From an uncultured Alphaproteobacteria bacterium (GTDB taxonomy: Bacteria; Pseudomonadota; Alphaproteobacteria; CAVTAV01), in assembly GCA_963732795.1 (NCBI GenBank), contig CAVTAV010000006.1, forward strand, positions 11,069 through 75,068: a DNA stretch of 64,000 nt. The letters are read 5' to 3'. Each line of letters begins with the position of its first letter. Positions within the stretch are counted from its first letter, which is position 1. Positions 1 to 12,322 of this stretch are shown here, one piece after another. A program made the translations under genes and the position numbers. The notes beneath the pieces were generated by a model. The model did no database searches. It was given only the letters and a program-made list of their open reading frames with translations, and had not been told where the DNA came from.

Positions 1-82
1 GGAGACTCGTGGAGCCCGCGCAGCCTGCGAGCAAGCCCACTCAGCGCAAGGGTCAGCATCCATTGACGGGCCGTGACCAGCA

Positions 83-976
83 TCACAATGGGTCCGTCGA
101 CATCATCGCGCCGCTCTCGACCCACCATCCGGGGTTACCGTCGGCGATCTGCCTGGCGACCCGCTTTGCGGCAGCGGTGTCGGCGAACAAGCCGAAGCAG
201 GTCGGCCCACTGCCGGAGAGCCGCGCCAGAAGGCAATCGGGGGTCTTCGTCAGCGCATCGAGGACGGCGGCAATCTCGGGCACCAGCCGCACGGCCGTGG
301 GTTCGAGATCGTTGCGCCGCGTGCGCAACATGGCGGCGAGGTCGGCCGGGCTTTCAGGCGCGTCGGTCAGCGGATCCCCAGAGGTATAGGCCGAGCCTGT
401 CGAGGCATAGGCCCGGAATACGTCGGCGGTGAGCAACGGCATGCCGGGATTGGCCAGAACGACGGCGCAGGCCGGGAGAGCGACCGCCGGCAGGATATGC
501 TCGCCGATCCCGGACACCTGGATCGGGGCAGAGTGGAGGCAGGGCGGCACATCGGCGCCGAGACGTGCCGCAAGGGCGCTCAACTGGTCCGCCGTTGCAC
601 CGATGCCCCATAACGCGTTCAAGGCTCGGAGCGTCGCGGCGGCGTCCGCCGAGCCGCCGCCGATGCCGGACGCAACGGGAAGAGACTTTGTTAGCCGGAT
701 ATCGGCACCGCAACGCGCCGCCTCCCCGAGTTCGCCGAGAGCCCTGGCGGCTTTCATCACCAGATTGTCGGGGCCGTTCGGAAGACGGCCGGCGAACGGT
801 CCGTCTATCGTGAGGCGAACACCGCCTTCCGACGCGCGGACCTCGACCCTATCGCCGACATCGACGAAGGCGAACAGGCTGTCGAGCAGGTGATAGCCGT
901 CGGGCCTGCGCCCGGTGACATGGAGATAGAGATTGATCTTGGCCGGCGCGAGCCGCGAGACGGGGTCGAGCGCCAT
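83..976 (-). CDS. ispE: 4-diphosphocytidyl-2-C-methyl-D-erythritol kinase
   Basis: ORF 83..1036. N-terminal APAKINLYLHVTGRRPDGYH and GHMP-kinase loop PVASGIGGGSADAAA. Start placed at the Met at 976 (MALDPVS...) so it does not overlap the upstream TPR gene. Confidence 0.9.
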   Translation of the reverse strand: MALDPVSRLAPAKINLYLHVTGRRPDGYHLLDSLFAFVDVGDRVEVRASEGGVRLTIDGPFAGRLPNGPDNLVMKAARALGELGEAARCGADIRLTKSLPVASGIGGGSADAAATLRALNALWGIGATADQLSALAARLGADVPPCLHSAPIQVSGIGEHILPAVALPACAVVLANPGMPLLTADVFRAYASTGSAYTSGDPLTDAPESPADLAAMLRTRRNDLEPTAVRLVPEIAAVLDALTKTPDCLLARLSGSGPTCFGLFADTAAAKRVARQIADGNPGWWVESGAMMSTDPL

Positions 977-1001
977 GAGTTGTCCGATGTCGGCCGCGCC
1001 G

Positions 1002-2753
1002 TCAGCTGCCTTGCTTGTCGCCGCTCTTGAGCCCACGCTTCAACTTCTCTTCGACCGTCGCGGCGAGCGCGCTGTCCGGCTTCATGGCGAGGGCATGACG
1101 CCACTGGAACCGCGCTTCGAGATGCCGGTTCATCATCCAATAGGCGTCGCCGAGATGATCGTTGATCGTCGGATCCTCGGGATGGAGCAGCACGGCGCGC
1201 TCCAACTGCTCGATCGCGCCCTTATAATCGCCCCGGCGGAATTTGAGCCAGCCCACGCTGTCGACGATATAGCCGTCGTCGGGCAGAAGCTCGGCGGCGC
1301 GCATGATCATCTGGGCCGCGCGATCGAGATTCGTGCCGCGCTCGATCCAGGAATAGCCGAGATAGTTCAACACCAAGTGGCTGATCCGGCTTGAGCTCGA
1401 GCGCGTGGAGAAAGTCCTTCTCGGCCAGGTCCCACATCTTGTCGCGCTCGAAGGTGATGCCGCGGGCGTAGAACAGCGTCCAGTTCTGGGCGGCCTCGGG
1501 ATGCAGGCTCTTGATCGCGCGGTCGTAAAAGTCCGGGCCTCGGTATAGCGTTCCTTTTCTCCGCAGCATGTCGGCGATGCCGGTGAGCGCGTCGAGATCG
1601 TCCGGGTGCTGCATGACCAGCGGTCTTGAGAAGCGCGATCGCGTCGTCGGTCCGGTCGGTCTGGTTGAGGATGAAGGACACGCGCAGCTGGGCATTCCAG
1701 CGCAGCGGCGAATCCGGGCCGATCGCCTGATATTCCTGGAGCGCCGTATCCAGCCGGTTCTGCCGCTGCAACAAATCGCCGAGCAGGAGATGGGCATCGG
1801 CGAAATCGGGCTTCAGGAAGGTCGCGAGCCGGAGATAGATCGCCGCTGGTCCCGACGAATCGCCGAGCGCCAGCGAGCTTGCGATCGAGAACAGAACATC
1901 CGCCGCGCCGTCCGCCGCCGTGTTGATCAGCCGCGCCGGCGTCTTCTTGGCCTGGAGCTTGGCCAGCGCGTCGGTCAGAATCGGGTTGGATTGAAATTTC
2001 TTGGAATAGGTCTCGAGCAGACGCCTTGGCGCGCGAGTCCGCGCCCGTCCGCGCCAGGAAATAGGCATAGGAAAGGACATCGATCAACTGCACGCCGGAG
2101 TCGCTGCCGACGACCTTTTCATAGGCCTCGGCCGCCTTGTCGTTCTGGCCGCCGAAATCATAGATCAGCGCGGCATTGGACTGCTGGAACGGCGCATAGG
2201 CATGGTTCTTGTCGAGCTGGTGCAGCTCCTTGATCGCGTCGTCGGTCTTGCCTTGGCCGGCCATGATCCAGGCGCGGACCAGCGGCAGGGTCAGCGTCCC
2301 GAAACCGGCATCGGGTGAGGCCGCGATGCGGTCGAGCGCGGCGTCGAAGCGCTTCTGGCGGATGTCGTCGGTCAGCAGGACCAGCCGCGCAATGCCCTGC
2401 GACGAGCTCTTGCTGTCCAGCCGCTTGGCGAGCTGCACCGCATCGTCAAAGCGGCCGTCGGCCACGACGGAGGAGAACGCGCGCTCCAGAAGGTCCTGAT
2501 TGTCGGGATCGCTTTCGAGCGCCTTCAGATAATATTCCGAGGCCATCCGGGAATTGTTGATGGCGCTCGCATAGCGACCGGCGAGATAGCTGCCGAACAG
2601 GTCGTTCGGCGTCGGGGCGGGCGCGGCGCGGCGATCGCCGGTACGACGAAAGCCGCCGCAGCAGATCAAGCCGGCGAGCGCATGGTATCGCAATCTCCCG
2701 CCCCAGGTCCGAGGTTGCGATCCGGCTCGTCCGTCAACGTGAAATTTCGGCAT
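1002..2753 (-). pseudogene. TPR-repeat protein, frame interrupted as assembled (at least 3 frameshifts near 2030, 1625, 1380)
   Basis: Family-like peptide runs through three frames: ORF 1002..2753 (N- and C-terminal parts), ORF 1367..2080 (middle) and ORF 1222..1797. TPR-like segments include YYLKALESDPDNQDLLERA and GDAYWMMNRHLEARFQWRHALAM. Confidence 0.75.
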
Positions 2754-2837
2754 CTTTCCTTTGCTCGTCCCGTCGCGAGGTCGCGCCGAGACATAGGTAT
2801 CCGGTTATAGAGTTGAGCAACAACCTGCCATGCGTCA

Positions 2838-4571
<1,734 letters not shown>

Positions 4572-4805
4572 CGTCACCCCTTCTCCGCCCCCAATAGCCG
4601 GCCGAGGCCGCGTCCTCGAACGGGCTCGAATCACAGTTAACAGAGTCGGGCCTCGAGCCGGCAGATGCAACTCGGAAAGCGAAATGTCCAATCAAACGAT
4701 CGAATGAGACGGTCCGCCGACGATCCTACCGATGTTAGTGGCGGGGATAAAGGGTGCGGCGATTGATCCCGTCCGCCGGTCTGGAGCCCGACGCCTATCC
4801 ATGCT

Positions 4806-5678
4806 ATGCAGGCGGTCATGTCCGAAACCGAGCCGACCCGCCGAGCCGAGATGCGTCCCGCAGACGCGCTGCGCTGGTATCTCGAGGCCGGCGTCGACGA
4901 AGCGATCGCCACGGAGCCCGTCGACCGGTTCAACCTGCCGGAGCCGAAGCCCCAGCCCAAGCCGGAGCCAAGACCCGCCGCACTGCCGCCGCCCGAGCGC
5001 TTCGCCGAAGCCTCGCCATCGTTCCGTCCCGCCGCGCCCAAGCCGAAGCCGGCGACATCCGGCGTGCTCGAATCGGCGGATGTCACCGCCGCAGCGCGCG
5101 CGATCTGGCGCAATCCTGCCGGACGCTCGCCGAGCTCAAGGCGGCGATCGCGGGTTTCGAGGGCTGTCCCCTGAAGAAGACAGCGATGAACACCGTCTTC
5201 GCGGACGGCAATCCCGAAGCCGGGCCTCATGTTCGTCGGCGAAGCGCCGGGCGCGGACGAAGACCGCCAGGGCCTGCCCTTCGTCGGCCGCGCCGGGATG
5301 CTTCTCGACAAGATGCTGGCCGCGATCGGCCGCGACCGGACGAGCGCCTATATCTCCAACATCCTGCCCTGGCGGCCGCCGGGCAACCGCACGCCGACAC
5401 CTAACGAGACCACGATCTGCCTGCCGTTCATCCGGCGCCATATCGAGCTTGCGAAACCGAGGTGATCGTCTTTCTCGGCGGCACCTCGGCGGCGACCTTG
5501 CTCGACCGCCGCGAGGGAATCACCAAGCTCAGGGGCCGCTGGTTCGACTATAACGGCGTCGCCGGCGATGCCGACCTATCATCCCGCCTATCTCTTGCGC
5601 CAACCCGCCCTCAAGCAACTTTCTTGGCGGGATTTCCTTGAGATTCGCAAGAAGATGGACGTCATGACGTCAGACTAA
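4806..5678 (+). pseudogene. uracil-DNA glycosylase, family 4, frame interrupted as assembled (about 4 indels)
   Basis: [30 protein letters not shown] (ORF 5229..5465). [30 protein letters not shown] lies in a second frame. VIVFLGG...[29 protein letters not shown] is read in further frames. Pro-rich N-terminal linker. Confidence 0.8.
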
Positions 5679-5856
5679 CAAGATCTTGTGTCCCCAGAAA
5701 TTAACCATAATCCACGGAATTGTTGAGAAATCACAGCGAATCAGCGTAGAGTTTTGGCTAAGGGCGAATGGCCTAAAGGCATGGCGCACCTAACGAATTG
5801 GTAAGTCAGGCCTGCTATAAGAATGGCTTGCCCCCCGGAGACGGTTGACGAGGCGG

Positions 5857-7764
5857 ATGAGTACACGATTGGTGAGGGACTGTGGGCTGGGGGCAACCCC
5901 GGGGCTGACAAGGCGGTTTGTGCGGACGGCATGTGCCGTCGTCGGCCTGATTGGCGCCATGGCCGCATTCGGCGGCGCGACCCATTACATTCGAACGGCC
6001 TCGGCCATGGTCATCGACCGGCCCCCTGGCCTCGCGAGCGACGACTGGGAGCAGGACGTCTCGGTTCCCGTGCCGCTGTCCGACAAGGACATCGATCTCT
6101 ATAAGAAGATTTTCGCGCTGCAGGAAAAGGCGCAGTGGACCAAGGCCGACCGGCTGATCAAGAAGCTCGACAACCCGCTCCTGATGGGCGAGGTCAAGTA
6201 CCAGCGTTATATGCATCCGACCGGCTATCGCTCGTCCTATCACGAGCTGGCCGGATGGCTGAAGGATTACGCCGACGAGCCGGGCGCGACCCGCGTCTAT
6301 AAGCTCGCGCTTCGCCGCCATCCCCGCGGCGCGCGGATGCCGAACCGTCCGGTCGCCGCCAATGCCATCCGCACCGCGCTTCGCGACATCGATTCCGACG
6401 ACAATACGACGAGCCGGTCCCTGTCGCGTCAGGCGGCCCATATCCATTACCTCGTCGCCCGCGACTTGCGCGCCGGCCGGCCCGACCGCGCCGAGAAGCA
6501 GCTCGTCGCCGCCGAAAAGACCCAAACGCTGACCGGCCAGGATCTCGCCGACGAATATGGCGACGTCGCCGAGGGCTATTTCTTCAAGGTCAACGACGCC
6601 AAGGCCCTGGCACTCGCCGACCACGCCTCCGACCTCGCTCCCGGCCAGGTGGTCAAAGCCGACTGGATCGGCGGCCTCGCGGCCTGGCGCAGCAAGAAAT
6701 ACGAAGCGGCGGCGGATCACTTCGAAGCGATCACGACCTCGAACGATACCTCGCAGTGGCTGATGTCCGCCGGCGCCTTCTGGGCAGCCCGCGCCAATCT
6801 GGTGGCGCGCCGGCCCGAGCGGGTCAATCCGCTCCTGTCGATCGCGGCGGCCTATCCGCGCACCTTCTACGGCCTGATCGCCACGCGCCAGCTGGTTCAG
6901 GACATCAGCTTCGCCTGGGACAAGCCGCCGCTCGAGCAGAACCAGCTCGACCAGATCATCAATCTCGAAGGCGTACGGCGCACGATCGCGCTCGTCGCCG
7001 TCGGCCGGACCAGCCTTGCAGAGCAGGAGCTGCGCCTCGCCTGGGGCCGCAGCGATCCGGCGCTCGGACCGGCGCTTCTCGGCCTCGCCACCAAGCTCGA
7101 TCTCCCGGCGAGCCAGCTCACCTTGAGCGACGATATCGCCCAGCTAATCGGCGTTGCCTATGACAGCGCGCTTTATCCGACGCCGAATTGGACGCCGGAC
7201 AGCAACAACTACGGCGTCGACCGGGCGCTGATCTACGCCCTGATCCGCCAGGAATCGCGGTTCAACGCCAATGCCAAGAGCAGCGTCGGCGCGCGCGGAT
7301 TGATGCAGCTCATGCCGCGAACGGCGAGCTGGATCGCCCAGGACCGTACGCTCCGCTGGCGCAACAACACAAAGCTCTATACCCCGGATGTCAATCTCGA
7401 GATCGGCCAGAAATACGTCCATCACCTGATGGAGCTCGACCAGCCGGGCGACAATCTGCTGCTCCTGCCGGTCGCCTACAACGCCGGGCCGGGCAATCTG
7501 CAGCGCTGGCTCCGGCGCTACGATGTCGGCGACGACTGGCTGCTCTTTATCGAGAGCATCCCGGTGCGCGAGACCCGGAACTATGTCGAGAAGGTGCTGG
7601 CGAATTTCTGGATCTACCGTTCGCGGCTCGGCCAACCGACGCCCTCCCTCGACTCCTTGGCCGAGGGCGACACGCCGCGCTATGTTGAAGTCGACGGCGA
7701 TAAATCGTACACATCGGCACAAGCAACCACGACGGGTCTTGTGCCGGTAAATGCCAAGTACTAA
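5857..7764 (+). CDS. soluble lytic murein transglycosylase (SLT domain)
   Basis: ORF 5845..7764. C-terminal SLT motif ALIYALIRQESRFNANAKSSVGARGLMQLMPRTA and YNAGPGN. N-terminal hydrophobic signal/anchor. Start taken at the ATG at 5857. Confidence 0.88.
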   Translation: MSTRLVRDCGLGATPGLTRRFVRTACAVVGLIGAMAAFGGATHYIRTASAMVIDRPPGLASDDWEQDVSVPVPLSDKDIDLYKKIFALQEKAQWTKADRLIKKLDNPLLMGEVKYQRYMHPTGYRSSYHELAGWLKDYADEPGATRVYKLALRRHPRGARMPNRPVAANAIRTALRDIDSDDNTTSRSLSRQAAHIHYLVARDLRAGRPDRAEKQLVAAEKTQTLTGQDLADEYGDVAEGYFFKVNDAKALALADHASDLAPGQVVKADWIGGLAAWRSKKYEAAADHFEAITTSNDTSQWLMSAGAFWAARANLVARRPERVNPLLSIAAAYPRTFYGLIATRQLVQDISFAWDKPPLEQNQLDQIINLEGVRRTIALVAVGRTSLAEQELRLAWGRSDPALGPALLGLATKLDLPASQLTLSDDIAQLIGVAYDSALYPTPNWTPDSNNYGVDRALIYALIRQESRFNANAKSSVGARGLMQLMPRTASWIAQDRTLRWRNNTKLYTPDVNLEIGQKYVHHLMELDQPGDNLLLLPVAYNAGPGNLQRWLRRYDVGDDWLLFIESIPVRETRNYVEKVLANFWIYRSRLGQPTPSLDSLAEGDTPRYVEVDGDKSYTSAQATTTGLVPVNAKY

Positions 7765-8290
7765 GCCGAAGCGCGACTTTCTTCCGGTTCAAATCGCAAT
7801 CTTGACGGTGTCCGACACCCGGACACTGGCCAACGACGATTCCGGCGACATCCTGGTCGAGCGCCTGACCGCCGCCGGGCATAAGCTCGCCGCCCGCACG
7901 CTGATCAAGGACGATGCGATGGCGGTGCGCGAGCAGATCCGCGCGTGGATCGGCGATCCCGCCATCGACGTCGTGATCACGACCGGCGGCACCGGGCTCA
8001 CCGGCCGCGACGTTACGGTCGAGGCGATCGAACCTTTGTACGAGAAGAAGATCGACGGCTTCGGCGAACTCTTCCGCATGCTGAGCTATCAGACCATCGG
8101 CACCTCGACGATCCAATCCCGCGCGACCGCCGGCGTAGCCGGTGGAACCTATCTCTTCGCCCTCCCCGGTTCCCCCGGCGCCTGCCGCGACGGCTGGGAC
8201 AAGATCCTGAAAGAACAGCTCGACATCCGCCACCGCCCCTGCAATTTCGTCGAGCTCATGCCTCGGCTGCAGGAGCATTTGAAGGGCTGA
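7751..8290 (+). CDS. moaB: molybdenum cofactor biosynthesis protein B (MoaB/MogA fold)
   Basis: ORF 7751..8290. ILTVSDTR...VVITTGGTGLTGRDVTVEA...FALPGSPGACRDGW. Overlaps the slt stop by 14 nt. Confidence 0.88.
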   Translation: MPSTKPKRDFLPVQIAILTVSDTRTLANDDSGDILVERLTAAGHKLAARTLIKDDAMAVREQIRAWIGDPAIDVVITTGGTGLTGRDVTVEAIEPLYEKKIDGFGELFRMLSYQTIGTSTIQSRATAGVAGGTYLFALPGSPGACRDGWDKILKEQLDIRHRPCNFVELMPRLQEHLKG

Positions 8291-8302
8291 TCGCCCCGTC
8301 CC

Positions 8303-8373
8303 CGTCATCGCGAGGCACAAAGCGCCGCGGCGATCCAACCATCCTGGATTGCTTCACTCCGTTCGCAAAGACG
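8303..8373. repeat. short intergenic palindromic repeat, family A (copy 1)
   Basis: CGTCATCGCGAGGC...AGCGCCGCGGCGATCCA...CCTGGATTGC...CGCAAAGACG. Aligns with 28740..28819. Terminal inverted repeats CGTCATCGCGAG / CTCGCAATGACG are clearest in copy 2. Confidence 0.7.
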
Positions 8374-8376
8374 CGG

Positions 8377-8974
8377 CTAATCCCGCCAAGCTCGATAATC
8401 TTCGCCCGTATCGATATCCGTCAACGGATCCAACAGCGCGACCTTTCGGCTCTTCGCATTGGCCATCGTATCGGCAAGCGCATGAGACGAGGACCAGCGG
8501 ACGGATTTGAACAGCCCGCGCGCAAGGCGCGCGTAACGCATGCCGACCAGCCAATAGCCGCCGTCGGTGCTGGGGCCGAAGACGAGATCGGCCTGGGCGA
8601 GATCGCGGAAAGCCGTCTCGATATGACTCCGCCTGACCGCCGGGATATCGGCTCCGATCAGGACCGCCGGACCGGGCGGCATGGCGGCGAAGGCGCGGGC
8701 CATACGCGCGCCGAGATCGCCGTGGCCCTGGGCCATGCGGGGGATCGCGGTGGGCCAGAAGCCGGCGCGGTTGGCGAATTCATCGGGAGTGACGGCGAGC
8801 CACAATCGCCAGGATGCGCGGCCCGAGAGCCGCCGCAGCATCAGACGCGTCGTGTCCCGATAGAACCGCCATGCCTCGTACTGACCGATATCGCGGGCGA
8901 GCCGCGTCTTGACCGCCCCCAACCGCGGCGCCTTGACGAACAGGATGAGGTGCCGCGGCGCTCACGTCAGCCAT
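8377..8974 (-). pseudogene. DUF2064 / TIGR04282-type transferase (rSAM/selenodomain-associated transferase 1), one frameshift near 8945
   Basis: ORF 8377..8922: LILFVKAPRLGAVKTRLA, GHGDLGARMARAF, LIGADIPAV, FGPSTDGGYWLVGM, VRWSSSHAL. The only ATG (8972..8974, MADVSAAAPH) is in another frame and overlaps the GT2 stop (ATGGCTGA). Confidence 0.8.
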
Positions 8975-9632
8975 AGAGCCGGACGAGATTGCGCGGCGGC
9001 ACTCCCACGAAATAGAGCCCGAGGCAGAGCAGATTGCGCGCCGAGCGCTTGAAATAGCCTTCTTCCTTGTAGCGCGCGGCGGAGGTCACGGCAGGCGTGT
9101 CCAGTATCAGGAAGCGGCCGTTGAGGCGGCGCATGAAATCGACATCCTCCATCAGGGGCAGCGCCTCGAAGCCCCCAACCACCTTATAGAGCACGCGATG
9201 GATCAGGAGACCCTGGTCGCCATAGGGCAGATCGAGCACCCGGTTGCGCCAGTCCACCATCCGCTCCAGCCGCCGCGCCTCGGGAGAATCGTCGTCAAGC
9301 GCGAAGCGGAACACGGCCGCGCGCAACCGGTTGTTGGGCTCGGCCATGAAATTCGCGACATCGCCTTTCCAGTTGGGGCCAAGCCGCGTATCGGCATGGA
9401 GAAAGAGCAGCCAGTCGGTCTCGGCCGCCTTGGCGCCGGCGATGAGCTGGCCGCCCCGGCCGCGCGCCGATTCGACGACCCGGGCGCCGCTCGCTCGAGC
9501 GATATCCGCGGTCTGGTCCGTCGAGCCGCCATCCGCTACGATGACCTCGCAGTCGGGATCGCCGGTGAACGGCACGATCGCCTCGCGGATCGTCGCGGCG
9601 GCATTGTAGGTCGGGATGATGACGGTGATCAT
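8967..9632 (-). CDS. family-2 glycosyltransferase, TIGR04283-type (rSAM/selenodomain-associated transferase 2)
   Basis: ORF 8967..9632. VIIPTYNAA, VIVADGGSTDQT, RGRGGQLIAGAKAAETDWLLFLHADTRL, LPYGDQGLLI, PLMEDVDFMRRL, TSAARY. Confidence 0.85.
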   Translation of the reverse strand: MITVIIPTYNAAATIREAIVPFTGDPDCEVIVADGGSTDQTADIARASGARVVESARGRGGQLIAGAKAAETDWLLFLHADTRLGPNWKGDVANFMAEPNNRLRAAVFRFALDDDSPEARRLERMVDWRNRVLDLPYGDQGLLIHRVLYKVVGGFEALPLMEDVDFMRRLNGRFLILDTPAVTSAARYKEEGYFKRSARNLLCLGLYFVGVPPRNLVRLYG

Positions 9633-9676
9633 GATTGCGTTATGCCATAGAACGCCGCGCCGCCAAACCGCCGCGA

Positions 9677-10213
9677 TCAGGCTTCCAGGATGTCGGCCAC
9701 GAGGCCGTCGACGGCGCGGGTTCCGTCGAGGCGCAGAACCGGACAGGGCAGCCGCGCGAGCCAGGCATTGTGCATCGGCAGGCTGCGGCCCTCTCGGGTT
9801 CCCTCGTCATAAGCGGCGGCCCATTCGAGGAAGGACTTCACATTGTCATGCATCGCGCCGCCGGGCCTGACGGCCTCCTCGCCGAACTCCGCCGTCTCGC
9901 GCCGGCGCAGGCGATCGATCCGAACCTCCGTCGGGCAATAGAGAAAAATCACCGCGTCGAACAACGGAATGAAACGGTCGCCCCACAGCATGAGCGACCC
10001 CGACACGACCCAAGCCTCGGAGCCGAACAACGCCTCGGCCATGAGGCGTTGCCGGTCATCCGCCGGCCGCGCCTTCTGATAAGGCGGATCGGTCGGCAGC
10101 CAATAGAAATCGTCGGTGTCGAAATGCGGGATTCCAAGCCGCGCAGCGAGCGCCTTGCCGAGCGTGGTCGTCCCCGAGCCGGACGCGCCGGAGATGTGAA
10201 TCCGCCGGGTCAT
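9677..10213 (-). CDS. small P-loop NTPase (adenylate-kinase/topology-modulation-like AAA protein)
   Basis: ORF 9677..10216. RIHISGASGSGTTTLGKALAARLGIPHFDTDDFYW. The Walker A reads GSGTTT, with Thr where Lys is expected. The ATG at 10211..10213 overlaps the stop of the upstream PQQ dehydrogenase (TGATG). Confidence 0.7.
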   Translation of the reverse strand: MTRRIHISGASGSGTTTLGKALAARLGIPHFDTDDFYWLPTDPPYQKARPADDRQRLMAEALFGSEAWVVSGSLMLWGDRFIPLFDAVIFLYCPTEVRIDRLRRRETAEFGEEAVRPGGAMHDNVKSFLEWAAAYDEGTREGRSLPMHNAWLARLPCPVLRLDGTRAVDGLVADILEA

Positions 10214-12322
10214 CAATCGCCACGGGGCGTGCCGTCCGCGTTGAGGACATCGACGATATAGGCGGCGGCGTCCTGGATATCCTGCTGACGCAACGTGTCC
10301 TTAAAGGACGGCATCTGGTTCCGGCCCTCGGTAATCGTGTTGACTGCGTTGGCAAAATCCTTGACGCCTGCGAGAGGCTTGCCATTGTGGCCGCCTTCGC
10401 CGCGTTGGCCATGGCAAATGCTGCAGGTCTCGTGAAAGACCACCGCACCGCGATCGAGGTCGATCTCGGCGGCGTCAATCGGCGCCTCGGCGGATTCGCT
10501 CACCTCCTCGGTGGAGGACGGCGCGACCGGTCCCATGGTTCCTTTGAGCGAGAACAGCCAGACATTGTCGCCACGGGCCGACGACATGAAGAGATTGCCG
10601 GCGGCATAGACCACGACCATCTCCTCGCCCTTGTATTCGAAGATGCTGGCAGGCGCGTTCACCCCGGCCCCGGTCTGAAACTCCCATAAGCGCCGGCCGT
10701 TCGAGGAATCGAGCGCCGTCAGGCGGCCGTCATTGCGGCCCAGAAAGACCAGTCCGCCGCCGGTCGCCACCGACCCGCTATAGCATTGGTCGAACAAGCG
10801 CCGTTGCCAGGCGAGCTTGTTGGTCTGCATGTCGAGAGCCGCGATCATGCCGAAGGAATAATAGGGCGACCCTTGGAAGGCGCTGCCGATATATTCCTTG
10901 CCGACCGCGACCTTCCCCATGTCTTTCGTGCCGCCCTGATAGAGGCCGACCTGGTCGGTGGCGCAGACATAGAGAAGATTTGTGGTCGGATCATAGGAGC
11001 TTGGCGGCCAGTTCGCGCCGCCTCCCGGGCCAGGACGGACCACCGTGGGCGTCGTCCAATAGGGCGTGAATATCCGTCCCTGGTTCACGAGGTCATAGTC
11101 CTCGGTCGCGACATCGACCGAATGCGGCATCACCGGATCGCCCTTGGGATAGGGCTGGGTCGGCGACGTCGCCTGGCGGGGCTCCTGCGGAACCTTGCGC
11201 TCCTTTATGCCGAGGAGCGGCTTGCCGGTGACCCGGTCCAGGATATAGGCCCATCCGGTCTTGCTGACCTCGGCCAACGCCTTGCTCATCCGGCCCTTGA
11301 TCTTGACGTCGAACAGGGTGACCGGGCTCGGCGCGTCGTAGTCCCAGATATCGTGATGGACCTGCTGGAAATGCCAGCGATACTCCCCGGTATGAACATT
11401 GAGCGCGACGATCGAATCGGTAAACAGATTGTCGCCGGGCCGCGCGGCGCCGTTGAAGTCTGGCGAGGGATTGCCGGTCGAGAAATAGATCATGCCCAGA
11501 TCCGGATCGACCGCTGGCGTCTGCCAGACCGGCGCGCCGCCGCGCTTCCAGGCGTCGCTGTCCTGGGGCCAGGTATCGTGGCCGACCTCGCCAGGCCCCG
11601 GAATCGTGTGGAACGTCCAGACCAGCGCGCCGGTCTTGGCGTCATAGGCCTTGACCTGACCCCGAATGCCGTATTCGCCGCCCGCGAAGCCGGTGATGAC
11701 CAATGCCGTCGTAATACAAGGGCGCGCTTGTGATGGTGTAGCCGTCCTGCCAGCGTTCGGCCTGGATCGACCACACGACAGCGCCCGTCGTCTGATCGAG
11801 CGCGACCATCTTGCCGTCGAACCGCCCGACGAACACCTTGCCGTCGCCGAGCGCCACGCCCCGACTGGTCCAGCCGCAGCAGACCGTCGTCATGTCGGGA
11901 TCGAGCTTGGCCTGATATTTCCACAGCGTCTTGCCGGTCTCGACGCTGAGCGCGAACACGTCGTCGGCGCCGGTGACGATATAGATCACGCCGTCATAGA
12001 CGATGGGCTGGGCCTCGCCGGAAAATTGCTGCCCCACGCCCGAGCCGTCGAGATGGGTGCGCCAGACGCCCTTGAGCGTCTTGACGTTGTCCCGGTTGAT
12101 CTGATCCAGGGGCACGTAGCGCTGGTTGAACACCGTGCCGCCATTGGTAATCCAGCCGTCCTTCGCGCCTGCCTTCAGCGCCGCGCCCGAAAAGGCCGGG
12201 GCGGGACGCATGGCGTCGGCCGACCACGTGCGCCCGATCGAAAGCGCGAAGCCGGCGGCGACGCAAAGCCCCGCCGCGAGATAGCTTGTACGCCGTGTGG
12301 TCATGTCACAACGCGCGGTCAT
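10213..12322 (-). pseudogene. PQQ-dependent dehydrogenase with C-terminal cytochrome c domain (quinohemoprotein), paralogue 1, one frameshift near 11700
   Basis: ORFs 11642..12322 and 10213..11703. Signal peptide, NQRYVPLDQINRDNVKTLKGVW, vicinal Cys TVCCGWTSRGV, HHDIWDYDAP, C-terminal CSICHG...NQMPSF. About 700 aa once the two ORFs are joined. Confidence 0.85.

Noticed and set aside
9-432. ORFs 9..389 and 73..432 on the plus strand, and a possible gene start (ATG at 57..59, minus strand) at the left edge.
   Set aside because: The plus-strand ORFs are antisense to ispE and Arg/Ser-rich. The left-edge fragment is under 20 codons and cannot be identified.
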